A stretch of DNA of 64,000 bases from an uncultured Alphaproteobacteria bacterium (GTDB lineage: Bacteria > Pseudomonadota > Alphaproteobacteria > ATCC43930 > CGMCC-115725): positions 23,261-87,260 of the forward strand of contig CAVSQC010000013.1 in assembly GCA_963729845.1 (NCBI GenBank). Direction: 5' to 3'. Below are positions 1-10,671 of the stretch, piece after piece. Under the pieces are notes generated by a model that saw only the letters and a list, made by a program, of their open reading frames with translations, was not told where the DNA came from and did no database searches. The number at the start of each line of letters is the position of its first letter. Within the stretch, counting starts at the first letter, position 1. A program made the position numbers and the translations under genes.

Positions 1-31
1 CACCGGAGCCTCCGCCGATTGCCTAGCCAAT

Positions 32-841
32 TCACTCGGGTAGTGCAACGGTCGGATGGCGTCCCGCTTGCCGAGAGGTGAATAAGATGCAAATGACAAT
101 CACTATCGCGATGACGGTCGAGGCAACAAGGCGGCTCAAATTCAGCCCGCCATCCGACACCGGCTTCGTCAGGGAATCGCCGAGCGTCGCGCCGAGCGGC
201 CGCGTCAGAATAAAGGCCGCCCAAAACAGCAACGTCCGCGACAGCCTGGCCCAAAAATAGACCGCCGCCAGAACCGCCAAAGCGCCCGCGAACAGCACGG
301 CGCTGCCGTGAAAACCCAGTCCTAAATCGTCGGAGGTGAAGTCGCCCAAGGCGGTACCGAGCGTGTTCGAGAACAAGATCGTTACCCAATAGAAGGTTTC
401 GGCCTTCGGTGTGGCGATATTCGTAACCGACACCGTGCCGACGGAAAGCCACCACACGCCCAACGACGCGACCACCAGGCCGAACAAGACCAATGAACCG
501 CCGACATAGCCGATACCGAGGGAGCGGTCGGCAAAATCCGCCAAGGTGGTGCCGACGGTCGTGGTCGCGACAATGACGGCCCAGTACAAGAAGCGGTGAA
601 ACGACCGCGCGCCAATCTGGGCTGCTACGATCGCGACAAAGACGACGAATAGTATGCCGGTGCTGGCCAGATAGCCGAGATTGAATTGCATCGACAGGGT
701 ATCGCCGGCGGTTTCTCCCAACGTCGTCGCCAAAATCTTGATGATCCAAAAGAACACCGTGACTCGCGGGACTTTGCTGGGGCGCGTTTTTTCGATTAGG
801 TCCATCGCGCGGCATTCTAATCGGCCTTCGACCGCCTCCAA
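32..841 (-). CDS. Polytopic membrane protein of unknown function (COG4705-like)
   Basis: 269-aa ORF with many hydrophobic segments and three repeats of a TLG-xxx-GD motif (ATTLGETAGD, NTLGTALGDF, RPLGATLGDS). Alternative Met start at 805. Confidence 0.7.
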   Translation of the reverse strand: MEAVEGRLECRAMDLIEKTRPSKVPRVTVFFWIIKILATTLGETAGDTLSMQFNLGYLASTGILFVVFVAIVAAQIGARSFHRFLYWAVIVATTTVGTTLADFADRSLGIGYVGGSLVLFGLVVASLGVWWLSVGTVSVTNIATPKAETFYWVTILFSNTLGTALGDFTSDDLGLGFHGSAVLFAGALAVLAAVYFWARLSRTLLFWAAFILTRPLGATLGDSLTKPVSDGGLNLSRLVASTVIAIVIVICILFTSRQAGRHPTVALPE

Positions 842-892
842 TGGCGAAATGGCGCCGCGATGCTATGATCCAACCATGAACCGGAGAACGAT

Positions 893-1969
893 GTGAGTTA
901 CCCAGGCGCGATCGATTGCGACGTCCATCCGGCGCTCGCCAACACCGACGTGCTGCTGCCCCATCTCGACGAGTATTGGCGCGAGATGGTGCTGATCCGC
1001 ACCGTCCAGAATCTCGACCTCGCTTCTTATCCGCCGTCGGTTCCGCTGGCGGGCCGGCCCGATTGGCGGCCGCCGCAAGGCAAGCCCGGCAGCGACCTAG
1101 CGCTGTTGCAACGGCACGCGCTGGACGCGTTCGGCGCGCGCTTCGCGATCTGCAATCCGCTCTATGGCGGGCCTTATCTGCCCAACGACGATTTCGCCGC
1201 CGCGCTGGCGCGCGCCATCAACGATTGGATCGCGAAGGAATGGCTCGATCGCGATCCGCGCCTGCGCGCCTCGATCGTGATCGCGCCGGAAAATCCTGAA
1301 TTGGCCGTGGACGAAATCAACCGCGTGGCACCCGACAAGCGCTTCGTCCAGATCCTGGTGCTGGCGGCGGGCGAGCGGCCGTTGGGCAAGCGTACCTACT
1401 GGCCGATCTACCGCGCCGCCGAGAAGCACAGCCTCCCGATCGGCATTCACGCCGGCAGCTCGATGCGTCATCCGCCGACCACGCTTGGCTGGGGCTCGTA
1501 CTATCTCGAGGATTATGTCGCGCACGCGCAATCGTTTCAGCATCAAGTGCTGAGCCTGGTTGCCGAAGGCGTGTTCGTGGAATTTCCGGCGTTGCGAGCG
1601 GTGTTGATCGAAAGCGGCATCACCTGGCTGCCGGCGTTCCTGTGGCGCTTCGACAAGACCTGGCGCGGCATCCGCACCGAGACGCCCTGGGTCGACCGCC
1701 CGCCGACGCAGATCGTCCGCGACCACATCCGCCTCACCTTGCAGCCGGTCGACGAGCCGCCGGACCGAGCGCGGTTCGAGCGACTACTCGACCATATCGG
1801 TTCGGAGGACATGATCCTGTTCTCGACCGACTATCCGCATTGGCAATTCGAGGGCGGCGACGTGTTTCCCGCGGGCTTGTCCGAGCAACATCGCCGCAAG
1901 ATAATGATCGACAATCCGTTGCGGACCTATCCGCGCCTGGCCGAAGCGCGACACGAGGTTGCGAGATGA
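893..1969 (+). CDS. Amidohydrolase-2 family metal-dependent hydrolase/decarboxylase (ACMSD-like)
   Basis: GTG start preceded by GGAGAA. N-terminal IDCDVHP and C-terminal FSTDYPHW motifs are typical of the family. Uninterrupted 358 aa. Confidence 0.85.
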   Translation: MSYPGAIDCDVHPALANTDVLLPHLDEYWREMVLIRTVQNLDLASYPPSVPLAGRPDWRPPQGKPGSDLALLQRHALDAFGARFAICNPLYGGPYLPNDDFAAALARAINDWIAKEWLDRDPRLRASIVIAPENPELAVDEINRVAPDKRFVQILVLAAGERPLGKRTYWPIYRAAEKHSLPIGIHAGSSMRHPPTTLGWGSYYLEDYVAHAQSFQHQVLSLVAEGVFVEFPALRAVLIESGITWLPAFLWRFDKTWRGIRTETPWVDRPPTQIVRDHIRLTLQPVDEPPDRARFERLLDHIGSEDMILFSTDYPHWQFEGGDVFPAGLSEQHRRKIMIDNPLRTYPRLAEARHEVAR

Positions 1970-3060
1970 GCGATACCGTTGTGACAGTGGCCGCGCCGGG
2001 CGTGGTGGATTGCGACATCCATCCGACCGTGACGGCGATGAGCGACCTCAACCCGTATCTGACCGACCGATGGAAGCAGCATATGCGCGAGTATGGCGGC
2101 AGTCTCCGCCAGGCCTTCGCCAGCGCCGGCTCTTATCCGCGCTACAACCGCGACGGCGGCGCGCGGCTCGATGCGCGGCCGCCGTCCGGCGTGCCGGCGG
2201 GGGCCGACCTGCCGTTCATGCGCCAACAGCATCTCGACCCCAACCGCGTCGATTACGGCGTGTTGCAGCCGCTGCGCCCGATGGGGATCGGGATGCGCAA
2301 TCAGGCGTTCGGCGAATCGATCACCGCCGCCGTCAACGAATGGCAGATCGGCACCTGGATGGGATTGGACGGGCGGCTCAAAGGCTCGCTGATGTTGACG
2401 CGCGAAGACCCGGCATCGGCGCTGCGCGAGATCGACCGCCACGGCGGCGATCCCAATTTCGTCCAAGTCTCGGTGCTGCCGCACGGCATCGAGCCGCTGG
2501 GGCGGCAGCGCTATTGGCCGATCTACGAGGCGGCCGAGGCGCTCGGTAAGCCGATCGGCATCCATGTCGGCGGCATCAGCGGCATGGCGCCGACCAGCGC
2601 CGGCTGGTGCTCCTATTATGTCGAGGAGCATCACTCCAAATGCGAGGCGATGCAGGCGCTCGTGACCTCGATGGTGCTCGAAGGCGTGTTCGAGCGGTTT
2701 CCGAAATTGCGCATCGTGCTGGTCGAGGGCGGCTTCGTCTGGGTGCCGTCGCTGTGCTGGCGGCTCGACAAGCATTGGAAGACGCTGCGCTCCGAAGTGC
2801 CGCACTTGAAGCGCGCGCCGTCCGAATATGTCCGCGAGCATTTCTGGTTCACCACCCAGCCGATCGAAGAGCCGGAAGACCCGCGCCACATGCTCGACGC
2901 GATGGACTGGGTGGGCTGGGACAAGATCCTATTCTCGACCGACTATCCGCATTGGGATTTCGACGATCCGAAATTCGCCTTCGCGCGCCTGCGCCTGACG
3001 CCGGAACAGCACAAGATGCTGTTCCGCGACAACGCCAAGAACCTCTACGGGCTGCAGTAG
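1966..3060 (+). CDS. Amidohydrolase-2 family paralog
   Basis: ATGA start/stop overlap with the upstream gene. VDCDIHP ... FSTDYPHWDFD motifs. The ORF-track extension back to 1642 is an Arg/Pro-rich shadow. Confidence 0.85.
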   Translation: MSDTVVTVAAPGVVDCDIHPTVTAMSDLNPYLTDRWKQHMREYGGSLRQAFASAGSYPRYNRDGGARLDARPPSGVPAGADLPFMRQQHLDPNRVDYGVLQPLRPMGIGMRNQAFGESITAAVNEWQIGTWMGLDGRLKGSLMLTREDPASALREIDRHGGDPNFVQVSVLPHGIEPLGRQRYWPIYEAAEALGKPIGIHVGGISGMAPTSAGWCSYYVEEHHSKCEAMQALVTSMVLEGVFERFPKLRIVLVEGGFVWVPSLCWRLDKHWKTLRSEVPHLKRAPSEYVREHFWFTTQPIEEPEDPRHMLDAMDWVGWDKILFSTDYPHWDFDDPKFAFARLRLTPEQHKMLFRDNAKNLYGLQ

Positions 3061-3474
3061 GTGGCGCGCTACGTCGTCGCCACGGCTGGTGAGATATCGG
3101 CCGGAGGAAGCAAGGTCGCGACCGTCGCCGGCCGCGAGATCGGCATCTTCAACCTCAACGGCGAATATTTCGCGCTGCTGAACCGCTGCCCGCACGAAGG
3201 CGGGCCGCTGTGCCAGGGCCGGCGCACCGCGCTGTTCGAATCGAAGCGGCCTGGCACGTTCATCACCTCGCGTCCGGGCGAGATGCTGCGCTGCCCGTGG
3301 CATGGCTGGGAATTCGACATCCGCACCGGCCGCTCGTACATCGATCCGGAAAAATTGCGGGTGCGCGCCTATGAGGTCGTGGTCGAGCCGGGCCAGCGCC
3401 TGGTCGAAGGCCCCTATACCGCCGAGACTTATCCGGTCTCGCTCGACGAAAATTACATCGTGGTGGAGATCTGA
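3061..3474 (+). CDS. Rieske [2Fe-2S] domain protein (small ferredoxin-like)
   Basis: CPHEGGPL ... CPWHGWEF cluster-ligand motifs. GTG start directly after the upstream stop. Confidence 0.85.
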   Translation: MARYVVATAGEISAGGSKVATVAGREIGIFNLNGEYFALLNRCPHEGGPLCQGRRTALFESKRPGTFITSRPGEMLRCPWHGWEFDIRTGRSYIDPEKLRVRAYEVVVEPGQRLVEGPYTAETYPVSLDENYIVVEI

Positions 3475-3475
3475 A

Positions 3476-4289
3476 ATGGAACTGAACCTCAAGGGCAAGA
3501 CCGCGGCCATCACCGGCGCCAGCAAGGGCATCGGCTTCGGCATCGCGGAGGAGTTGGCGCGCGAGGGCGTCAATCTGCATCTCGCGGCGCGCAGCGGGGC
3601 CGAGCTGAAGCGCGCGGCCGACGATCTGAAGAAGCGGTTCGGCGTCGCGGTCGAGACCCATGCCGTCGATCTGTCGAAGCGCGATCGGCGCGACGATTTT
3701 GCGCGCGCCGTCGCCGGCGTCGACATCCTGGTGAATTGCGCCGGCGCCATTCCCGGCGGCACGCTCGACCAGGTCGACGAGGATCGCTGGCGCGAGGGGT
3801 GGGAGCTTGAAGCTGTTCGGCTATTTCGGCATCACGCGCGTCGTCTACAAGGCGATGTGCGACCGCCGCCGCGGCGTCATCATCAACATCGTCGGCGCCG
3901 GCGGCGTTCTGACCGGCGCCGGCTATATCTGCGGCGGACCCGGCAACGCCGCCGTCATCAACTTCACCAACAGCCTCGGCGGCGAAGCCATTCGCTATGG
4001 CGTGCGGGTCGTCGGCATCAATCCCGGTCCGGTCGACACGCCGCGCCTGCAGTGGCTGCAAAAGCAGGCGGAGGAAAAAGTCGCGCCGCAGGATCTGGAA
4101 ACATGGCGTCGCCAGCGGTTCCGCGGCATGGCCTATGGCCGGCCCGCGCGCGTCGACGAAATCTCGGGCATGGTGGCGTTCCTGGCGTCGGACCGCGCGT
4201 CCTACATCACCGGCACGATGATCAACATCGAGGGCGGCACCATCGCGCGCGGCGGCGCACCCGGCGACCCGATCGGCAGCAACGCCTAG
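3476..4289 (+). pseudogene. SDR-family oxidoreductase, frame broken near 3806
   Basis: TGASKGIG Rossmann motif in the frame starting at 3476. The protein continues (LKLFGYFGITR...INPGPVDTP) in the next frame from about 3807. One extra base in gagcttgaag. Confidence 0.8.
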
Positions 4290-5488
4290 CCGAGGATCCG
4301 CGCCGCCGTCTCTTTCCCGTTGGCGAACGCGGCCTCGACGGTGCCCATGTCGGCGCCGCGATAGAGCGCCTCGCCCGCATAATAGAGCACGCCGTCGAGC
4401 GGCTTCGACAATTCGTCCTGGGCGGCGTGGCTCTCCGGCGTGGCATAGGAATAGGCGCCCCGCGCGAACGGGTCCTGGCCCCAATGGATCGCGCGGGCGG
4501 CGGTCAGCAGCGGTCGCGCGTCGATCTCGAAAATCCGCGACACGGCGTCAAGCCCGGCCTCGATCAATTCCGGCTCGGACAATTTCGACTTCGCCGCGCG
4601 CGGCCCCGCGAACCAGCCGGTCAGCACCGGATGCGGCCGCGGATATTGCGTCCACCACGTCGGCACTAATTCGTCGGAGAGCATGAAGGACAGGCGGGAC
4701 AGGTCGCGGCCTAGCGCGTTCGCCCAGAATTTGGTCTTGAAGCCGAGCAGCAGCTTGATGACGTCGCCATAACCGATGGCGTCGGCGGCTTTGAGCTTCG
4801 GCGCGAAGCCGGGACCGAAATCGATGTCACGAAGCACCGGCAACGGCACCGTGTTGACGATGCGTTCGGCGCTGAAGGTAGCGCCGTTGGCGCAGCGCAC
4901 GGTGGGGCCATCGACGGCCTTAACCTCGGCGTTGAACTGGATCGCGCCGCCATGCGTGCGAATCTCGGCGGCGAGGAAATCCATCAGCGCGCCATAGCCT
5001 TCCTCGACGCGATGCGATTGCCGCAATCCGCCGCCGAGCCATTCGTCGCGCAGGGCGAACGTGCTTGCCCGCGTCGGGTCGGCGGCGTCGTAGCCCTCGG
5101 TCATGCGGATGATCGAGCGCCGCATCCCGCAAATTTCGCGTCGGCAAAATTCTCCTCGAGGAATTGCGCGATCGTCAGATCGTGGTTCAGCGCGGCGAGC
5201 TTTCTCGGGAAGCAGCTCAAATCCGGGCATGTCCTCTTCCACGTCGCTGAGCTTGCCGCCGCGTTTGTCCCAACGCTCGCCGTCGCGGCGGCCGCGCACC
5301 AGGGTCAGCCCGGCGTCGCGCACCAGCGCCTTGGTGACGGGCGCCTCGCCGTGGATGAACTCGGCGCCGCCCTCCGCGCGATAGCCGAACTCGCTCGCCG
5401 GCAATTCCCAAATACGGCCGCCGACGCGGTCGCGCGCTTCGAGGATGGTAACTCGATGGCCGGCGCGCGCGAGTTCGCGCCCGGCCAT
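4286..5488 (-). CDS. FAD-dependent amine oxidase family protein (start and an internal segment look damaged)
   Basis: The dinucleotide motif ITVIGAGAAG lies upstream of the first ATG (5488) with no canonical start after an in-frame TAG at 5537-5539. Segment ~5127-5202 reads better in another frame (KLAALNHDLTIAQFLEENFADAKFAG), indicating a compensated indel pair. Confidence 0.7.
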   Translation of the reverse strand: MAGRELARAGHRVTILEARDRVGGRIWELPASEFGYRAEGGAEFIHGEAPVTKALVRDAGLTLVRGRRDGERWDKRGGKLSDVEEDMPGFELLPEKARRAEPRSDDRAIPRGEFCRREICGMRRSIIRMTEGYDAADPTRASTFALRDEWLGGGLRQSHRVEEGYGALMDFLAAEIRTHGGAIQFNAEVKAVDGPTVRCANGATFSAERIVNTVPLPVLRDIDFGPGFAPKLKAADAIGYGDVIKLLLGFKTKFWANALGRDLSRLSFMLSDELVPTWWTQYPRPHPVLTGWFAGPRAAKSKLSEPELIEAGLDAVSRIFEIDARPLLTAARAIHWGQDPFARGAYSYATPESHAAQDELSKPLDGVLYYAGEALYRGADMGTVEAAFANGKETAARILG

Positions 5489-5567
5489 CAGCCCCGCCGC
5501 CCCCGCGCCAATGACGGTAATGAGATGGAGGGATCCCTAACGTTTGCACCGCGCAATTTGAACTATA

Positions 5568-5646
5568 TTCGTCATTCCTGCGAAAGCAGGAATCCAGGGC
5601 AAGCGACGTGCGTTGGCCCTGGGTCCCCGCTTTCGCGAGGACGACG
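5568..5646. repeat. REP family B (two hairpins: GTCATTCCTGCGAAAGCAGGAATCC ... GTCCCCGCTTTCGCGAGGAC)
   Basis: An inverted copy with the same architecture lies at 31361-31438. Confidence 0.8.
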
Positions 5647-5653
5647 AAAAGAT

Positions 5654-7241
5654 TTACCGCGCCGTGATCTTGTCGAAATTGAGCCGCATATCGTCGAACA
5701 TCTTGATCGCGGTGGCGCGGCCGGCGCCGAATCACGCCGCCGCCCGGATGCTGGAATGGCCCGACGAGATAGAGCCGCTCGACCCCGGGCACCGTGTAGT
5801 TGCCGAGCTCCGGCGTCGGGCGATGCGCGCCGGACTGGTAGGCGTTGGGCGCGATGCCGTGGATATCGCCTCGGCGGAAGCTCGACGAGGTGCGCTCCAT
5901 GTCGAGCGGCGTGTCGTCGTGATGCGCCAGGATGTTGGCCGGCGTCAGGTTCGCGATGAATCCGCTCATATGGTCGAGCATGGCGTCGGCGAATTCCTTT
6001 TTCTTCGCGTCCCAAGCGGCGCGGCCGCCTCGCGGATGCTCGTAAGGGCAATAATCCCAGGCGTGCATCGTCGCCTTGCCCGGAGGCGCGCGGCTCGGGT
6101 CGAGGTTCGACGGCGAGCCGAGGCCGACGAGACGCGCGCGCGGCATGCGGCCGTAGCGCAGATCGTCGAAATGCTCGCGCAGATGATCGAGGCTCGGCGG
6201 CAGCAACTCGATCATCATCGCCTTGCCGACATGATCGCCGGCCTTGAATTTCAGTGGCTCGTTCAGTGCGGCGTGGATGGTGAAGACGCAATTGGCGCCG
6301 ATCTCGGTCTTTGCCGCGTCGTTGCGCGATCGGCCGGATCGATGCCCAGCGACGAAAGCCGCCGATATCGTGCGGGTGGATCGCGCCGATCACGCCGTCT
6401 TTCGCCATGAATTCGCGCCCATCCTTGGCGTGCACGCCGGTTGCGCGGCCCGCCTAGACGATGACGCGGTCGCAATCGACGCCGGTGACGACTTGGCCGC
6501 CATGGTCCTCGATCAGTTTCGCCAGCGCCCGGGTCAGCGTGCCGCTGCCGCCGACCGGCACGCCGATGCCGTATTGCTCGAGGAAGGCGAGAAACACGAA
6601 CAGGCCGAGGCCGGTGCCTTTTTCCTCCGGCCCGACCAGGTGCTCGCTGACGATGCGGAGCAAGTGCAGCCGCACGCGGTCGTTCTCGAACCATTCGGTG
6701 ATGATGTCGTAGCCGCTTTTCTGCATGGTCTGGAACATGGCGCGGCCTTCGCGGCTCTGATCCATCATCGCGTACATGGCGCCGACCGGCGCCGGCGGCG
6801 AGTACATTCCGCCCGTCAGCAGCGGCAGATAGCGCCGCCGCCTAGCTCGGCGAAGCGCAGATAGGATTCTGCGTCCTTTTTCGAGAAGCGCTCGAGTTCG
6901 CGATAATTCTTCTGACGGTCGCGCCACAGCGGAATCGTCTCGCCGTCGGGAAACACCGAGATCGTCGGCATCTCGGGATAGGTGTACTTCATCCCGTACT
7001 TGGAAATCAGGCCGAGCTCGTCGTTTTTGATCAGCGGATTGGCCTGGATGAAGATATGCGCCATCGAGTGCTGGTCGTGGTGGAAGCCGGGCAGGGTCAG
7101 GTCGCGCGTCACCACGCCGCCGCCGAACCAGGGTTGGCGCTCCAGCACCGTGACCTTCTTCCCGGCCTTGGCGAGATAGGCCGCGGCGACCAGGCCGTTA
7201 TGCCCCGACCCGATGACGACGATGTCGCTGTTCTCGGCCAT
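5654..7241 (-). pseudogene. NAD(P)/FAD-dependent oxidoreductase, phytoene-desaturase (CrtI/COG1233)-like, multiply disrupted
   Basis: N-terminal [12 protein letters not shown] motif. The readable protein crosses frame breaks at ~6834, ~6345, ~6300 and ~5729. There is an in-frame TAG at 6454-6456 (RVIV*AGRATGV). It ends at TAA 5654-5656. Confidence 0.75.
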
Positions 7242-7335
7242 GCGCTGCTCCCCGTACCCGTTGTGTGCCGCCTTTTTATTCGACTTCGATTGGGCCTACA
7301 ATCAACCTCACTATATAACCGGTGTGGAAACCGCC

Positions 7336-8322
7336 ATGCCCGATACCGCCAAGTCCTCGACCAAGCCCGCCGCGCCGGAGTTCCGCGGCCGCGTCTACGA
7401 TTCGATCGTCGAGACCATCGGCGCGACGCCGCTGGTGCGCCTCGGGCGCATCGCCGCCGCGCACAACGTCAAGGCCGACATTCTCGGCAAGTGCGAGTTC
7501 TTCAATCCGCTGGCCTCGGTGAAGGACCGTATCGGCCTCGCCATGATCGAGGCGGCGGAAAAAGCAGGCCGCATCAAGCCGGGCCGTACCGTCCTGGTCG
7601 AGCCGACCTCGGGCAATACCGGCATCGCCCTGGCCTTCGTCGCGGCGGCGAAGGGCTACCGCCTGATCCTGACCATGCCGGACTCGATGTCGCTGGAACG
7701 GCGCAAGATGCTGCTGATCCTCGGGGCCGAACTGGAACTGATTCCCGCCGCGCGCGGGATGCGCGGCGCCATCGAGCGCGCAGAGGCGCTGGTCGCCTCG
7801 CTGCCCGACGCGCTGATGTTTCAACAATTCGAGAACCCGGCAAATCCCGAGATCCATCGCCGCACCACCGCCGAGGAAATCTGGCGCGACACCGCCGGCG
7901 CGGTCGATTATTTCGTCAGTCCGGTCGGCACCGGCGGCACCTTGACCGGCGTCGGCTCGGTGCTGAAGCAGAAGAGGCCGAGCGTGAAGGTGATCGCGGT
8001 CGAACCGGAGGACAGCGCGGTTCTGTCCGGCGGTCCGCCCGGCCCGCACAAAATCCAGGGCATCGGCGCCGGCTTCATCCCGGCAATTCTCGACACCAAG
8101 CTGATCGACGAGGTGCTGCGCATTTCCAACGACAGCGCCTTCAGCCATTCGCGCGAGCTGGCGCGCGTCGAGGGCATCCCGGTCGGCATCTCGTCCGGCT
8201 CGGCGGTGGCGGCGGCGCTGGAGCTGGGATCGCGGCCCGGCATGGCCGGCAAGACGATTGTCTTGGTGCTGCCGGATTCTGCCGAGCGCTATCTCTCGAC
8301 GCAATTGTTCGACGGGCTATGA
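7336..8322 (+). CDS. cysK: Cysteine synthase A (O-acetylserine sulfhydrylase)
   Basis: PLP-lysine motif [15 protein letters not shown] loop, GTGGT loop. ATG at 7336 is in frame within the longer ORF 7213-8322. Confidence 0.9.
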   Translation: MPDTAKSSTKPAAPEFRGRVYDSIVETIGATPLVRLGRIAAAHNVKADILGKCEFFNPLASVKDRIGLAMIEAAEKAGRIKPGRTVLVEPTSGNTGIALAFVAAAKGYRLILTMPDSMSLERRKMLLILGAELELIPAARGMRGAIERAEALVASLPDALMFQQFENPANPEIHRRTTAEEIWRDTAGAVDYFVSPVGTGGTLTGVGSVLKQKRPSVKVIAVEPEDSAVLSGGPPGPHKIQGIGAGFIPAILDTKLIDEVLRISNDSAFSHSRELARVEGIPVGISSGSAVAAALELGSRPGMAGKTIVLVLPDSAERYLSTQLFDGL

Positions 8323-9086
8323 CCGAGCTCAGCGACGCCCAGTTCGAGCGTTACGCGCGTCACTTGATCCTCGACCAGGTCGGCGAGGAAGGGCAGGAGA
8401 AGCTCTTGGCCTCGCGCGTGCTGATTGTCGGCGCCGGCGGGCTCGGCTCGCCGCTGCTGCTCTATCTTGCGGCGGCGGGAGTCGGTACGCTCGGCATCGT
8501 CGACGACGACACGGTCGATCTCTCCAACCTCCAGCGCCAGATCGTGCATCCCAGCGGCGCGATCGGCGCGCGGAAGGTCGACAGCGCCCGCGCCACGGTG
8601 GCCGCGATCAACCCCGACGTGCGGGTCGAAACCCACGCGGCGCGGCTCGACGAGCGCAACGTCCGCGATCTCGTCGGCGCGTACGATCTGGTCGCCGACG
8701 GCAGCGATAATTTCGCCACGCGCTATCTCTTGAACGACACGTGCTACACGATGCGCCGCACGCTGGTCGGCGCGGCGCTGTCGCCGTTCGACGGTCAGCT
8801 CTCGACCTTCAAGGCCTATCTCGGACCGCCGCATCCCTGCTATCGCTGCCTGTTCCGCGAGGCGCCGCCGCCCGACACGGTGCCGCGTTGCGAGACCGCC
8901 GGCATTCTCGGCGCCGTCGCCGGCGTGATGGGCACGCTGCAAGCGACCGAGGTGCTGAAGGAACTGCTCGGCATCGGCGAGAGCCTCTCCGGCACGCTCC
9001 TGATGTACGACGCGCTGCGCGCCGGTTTCCACAGGATCAAAATTCCGCGCGACCCGGATTGTCCGACCTGTGGGCGTGGTCAGTGA
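8319..9086 (+). CDS. moeB: Molybdopterin-synthase adenylyltransferase / ThiF-MoeB family E1-like enzyme
   Basis: ATGA overlap with the cysK stop. [17 protein letters not shown] nucleotide loop, CYRC ... CPTC zinc motifs. Only the last 255 aa of ORF 7056-9086 are real. Confidence 0.85.
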   Translation: MTELSDAQFERYARHLILDQVGEEGQEKLLASRVLIVGAGGLGSPLLLYLAAAGVGTLGIVDDDTVDLSNLQRQIVHPSGAIGARKVDSARATVAAINPDVRVETHAARLDERNVRDLVGAYDLVADGSDNFATRYLLNDTCYTMRRTLVGAALSPFDGQLSTFKAYLGPPHPCYRCLFREAPPPDTVPRCETAGILGAVAGVMGTLQATEVLKELLGIGESLSGTLLMYDALRAGFHRIKIPRDPDCPTCGRGQ

Positions 9087-10188
9087 TGGTGGTGCGCGTG
9101 ATGATCGTGATGCGCGTGCATCATCGGGTCGGCGGCGGGCTAGCCAGAACAGGACGACAGCGACGATGCCGAAAACGATGTTCAGCCAGAACGTATAGTT
9201 GAACGAGAACTGCACCATCGCGGCGTGCATGTCGGGGCGGCGCGCCGGCACCAGGCCGAGCGCGTTGAACGACGACATCCATGGCGAGCGCCGCCGCGAC
9301 CATCGTGGCGTAGAACACGCCGCCGATATACGCCGCCATCCTCCAGCCGAAATAGCGCCGATACACGTCGAGCAGCGGCAGCACGATCAGATCGGCGTAG
9401 AGAAACGCCAGCACGCCGCCGAAGCTGACGCCCGAACCCCACAGCACCGCCGCCATCGGCACGTTGCCGATCGAGCACACGAAGGACAGGATCGCGACCG
9501 CCGGCCCGAGCAGCGCGTTGGCGGGGATTTGCACCCAGGGGCTGGCGCCCTCGACGAACAGGGTTCGCCACACGCCGTCCGGCACAAACGCCGACAGGGC
9601 GCCGGCGATGACGAAGCCGAGCAGCAAATCCTTCCACAACATGCTCCAATCCATCGCGAAGGCTTGCGCCACCCGTATCCAGACGGAGCCGCCGGCTATG
9701 TCATGGTTGTGATCGTGGCCCCGATGCGGTTCGGGGTGATGGCGCGCGGCTTCGACAAGCGCGCGCGGATAGGTGACGCGCACTAGCACCGCCATGATCG
9801 AGATCAGCACTACCCCACCGATCCATTCGCCGGCCGTGAATTCCCAGCCCATCAGCACATAGAGCACGATGCCGAGTTCGATCACGAGATTGGTCGAGGC
9901 CAGCAGGAAGGCGAGGGCGGGTGTCAGCGCCGCGCCCTTCTTGAACAGCGTCCGCGTCACCGCGGCGGCGGCGTACGAGCAGCTCGAGCTCGCGGCGCCG
10001 GCGACGGTGGCAAGCGCAATCTCGCACACGCCGTTGCGGCCGAGCGCCGAGGCGATGCGCTCCTTCGAGACGAACACTTGCAGCACGGCGGAGATGGCGA
10101 AGCCCAGCACCAGGCTCCAGCCGACCTGCCAGAACATGCCCGCGGCCATCAGCAGCGCGTCGGCGACGCGCGGGACGAAATCAGCCAT
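9080..10188 (-). pseudogene. Permease (COG0701/ArsP-like) with His-rich C-terminal tail, frame broken twice
   Basis: MADFVPRV... multi-TM protein. Frame breaks at ~9280 and ~9110. The tail [12 protein letters not shown] ends at 9080. The ATG overlaps the upstream regulator stop (ATGGCTGA). Confidence 0.7.
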
Positions 10189-10648
10189 GATGCCTGGCGC
10201 GCGCGGCTTTGCCGCCGGCGATGCCGTCGAGGATCGGGCAACCGGGCTTCTCGTCGCCGGGGCAATAGTCGGTGAGGCGCTTGAGCGCCGCGCGCATGCG
10301 GCGTAAGGCGGCGATGCGCCGGTCGAGATCGCCGATGTGGGCGAGGGCGACCGCCTTGACCCTGGCGCTGGAACGCTCCGGCTCCAACCACAGGCGCAGC
10401 AGTTCGGCAATCTGGTCCATGGCGAAGCCGAGCTCGCGGGCGCGCGCGATGAAGCGCAGCGCGTCGATATCGGCGCTGTCATATGTGCGGTAATTGCCGG
10501 CCGAGCGCGCCGCCGGGCGGATCAGCCCGACGCTTTCGTAGTAGCGGATCATCTTGGCCGAGACGCCGGCACGCCGGACGGCATCGCCGATTTGCAGGGC
10601 CGCGAGGGCCGGGGCGTGTTTTATGCCCCCACCGATAAGCCTTCCCAT
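10181..10648 (-). CDS. cueR: MerR-family metal-responsive regulator, CueR/HmrR type
   Basis: GVSAKMIRYYESVGL HTH and C-terminal CPGDEKPGC (C-x7-C) metal site. The first ATG lies inside the operator, so the true start may be further downstream (around LQIGDAV). Confidence 0.75.
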   Translation of the reverse strand: MGRLIGGGIKHAPALAALQIGDAVRRAGVSAKMIRYYESVGLIRPAARSAGNYRTYDSADIDALRFIARARELGFAMDQIAELLRLWLEPERSSARVKAVALAHIGDLDRRIAALRRMRAALKRLTDYCPGDEKPGCPILDGIAGGKAARARHHG

Positions 10649-10662
10649 GATGGGAAGGTCAA
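10632..10662 (-). promoter_or_regulatory. CueR-type operator within a long-spacer promoter
   Basis: Minus strand reads TTGACCTTCCCATCATGGGAAGGCTTATCG. The dyad CCTTCC-N7-GGAAGG lies between a -35 TTGACC and a -10-like TTATCG with an 18-19 bp spacer, closely resembling E. coli PcopA. Confidence 0.65.
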
Positions 10663-10671
10663 GGACGATCG

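Noticed and set aside
7056-8318. N-terminal 420 aa of the 676-aa ORF 7056-9086
   Set aside because: It is out of frame across cysK and Arg/Gly-rich. Only the last 255 aa, from ATG 8319, match MoeB.
9121-10482. Single 453-aa ORF
   Set aside because: It is a chimera. The N-terminal 97 aa are a shadow of the cueR gene. The middle is the permease. The last ~55 aa are out of frame relative to the true permease C-terminus.
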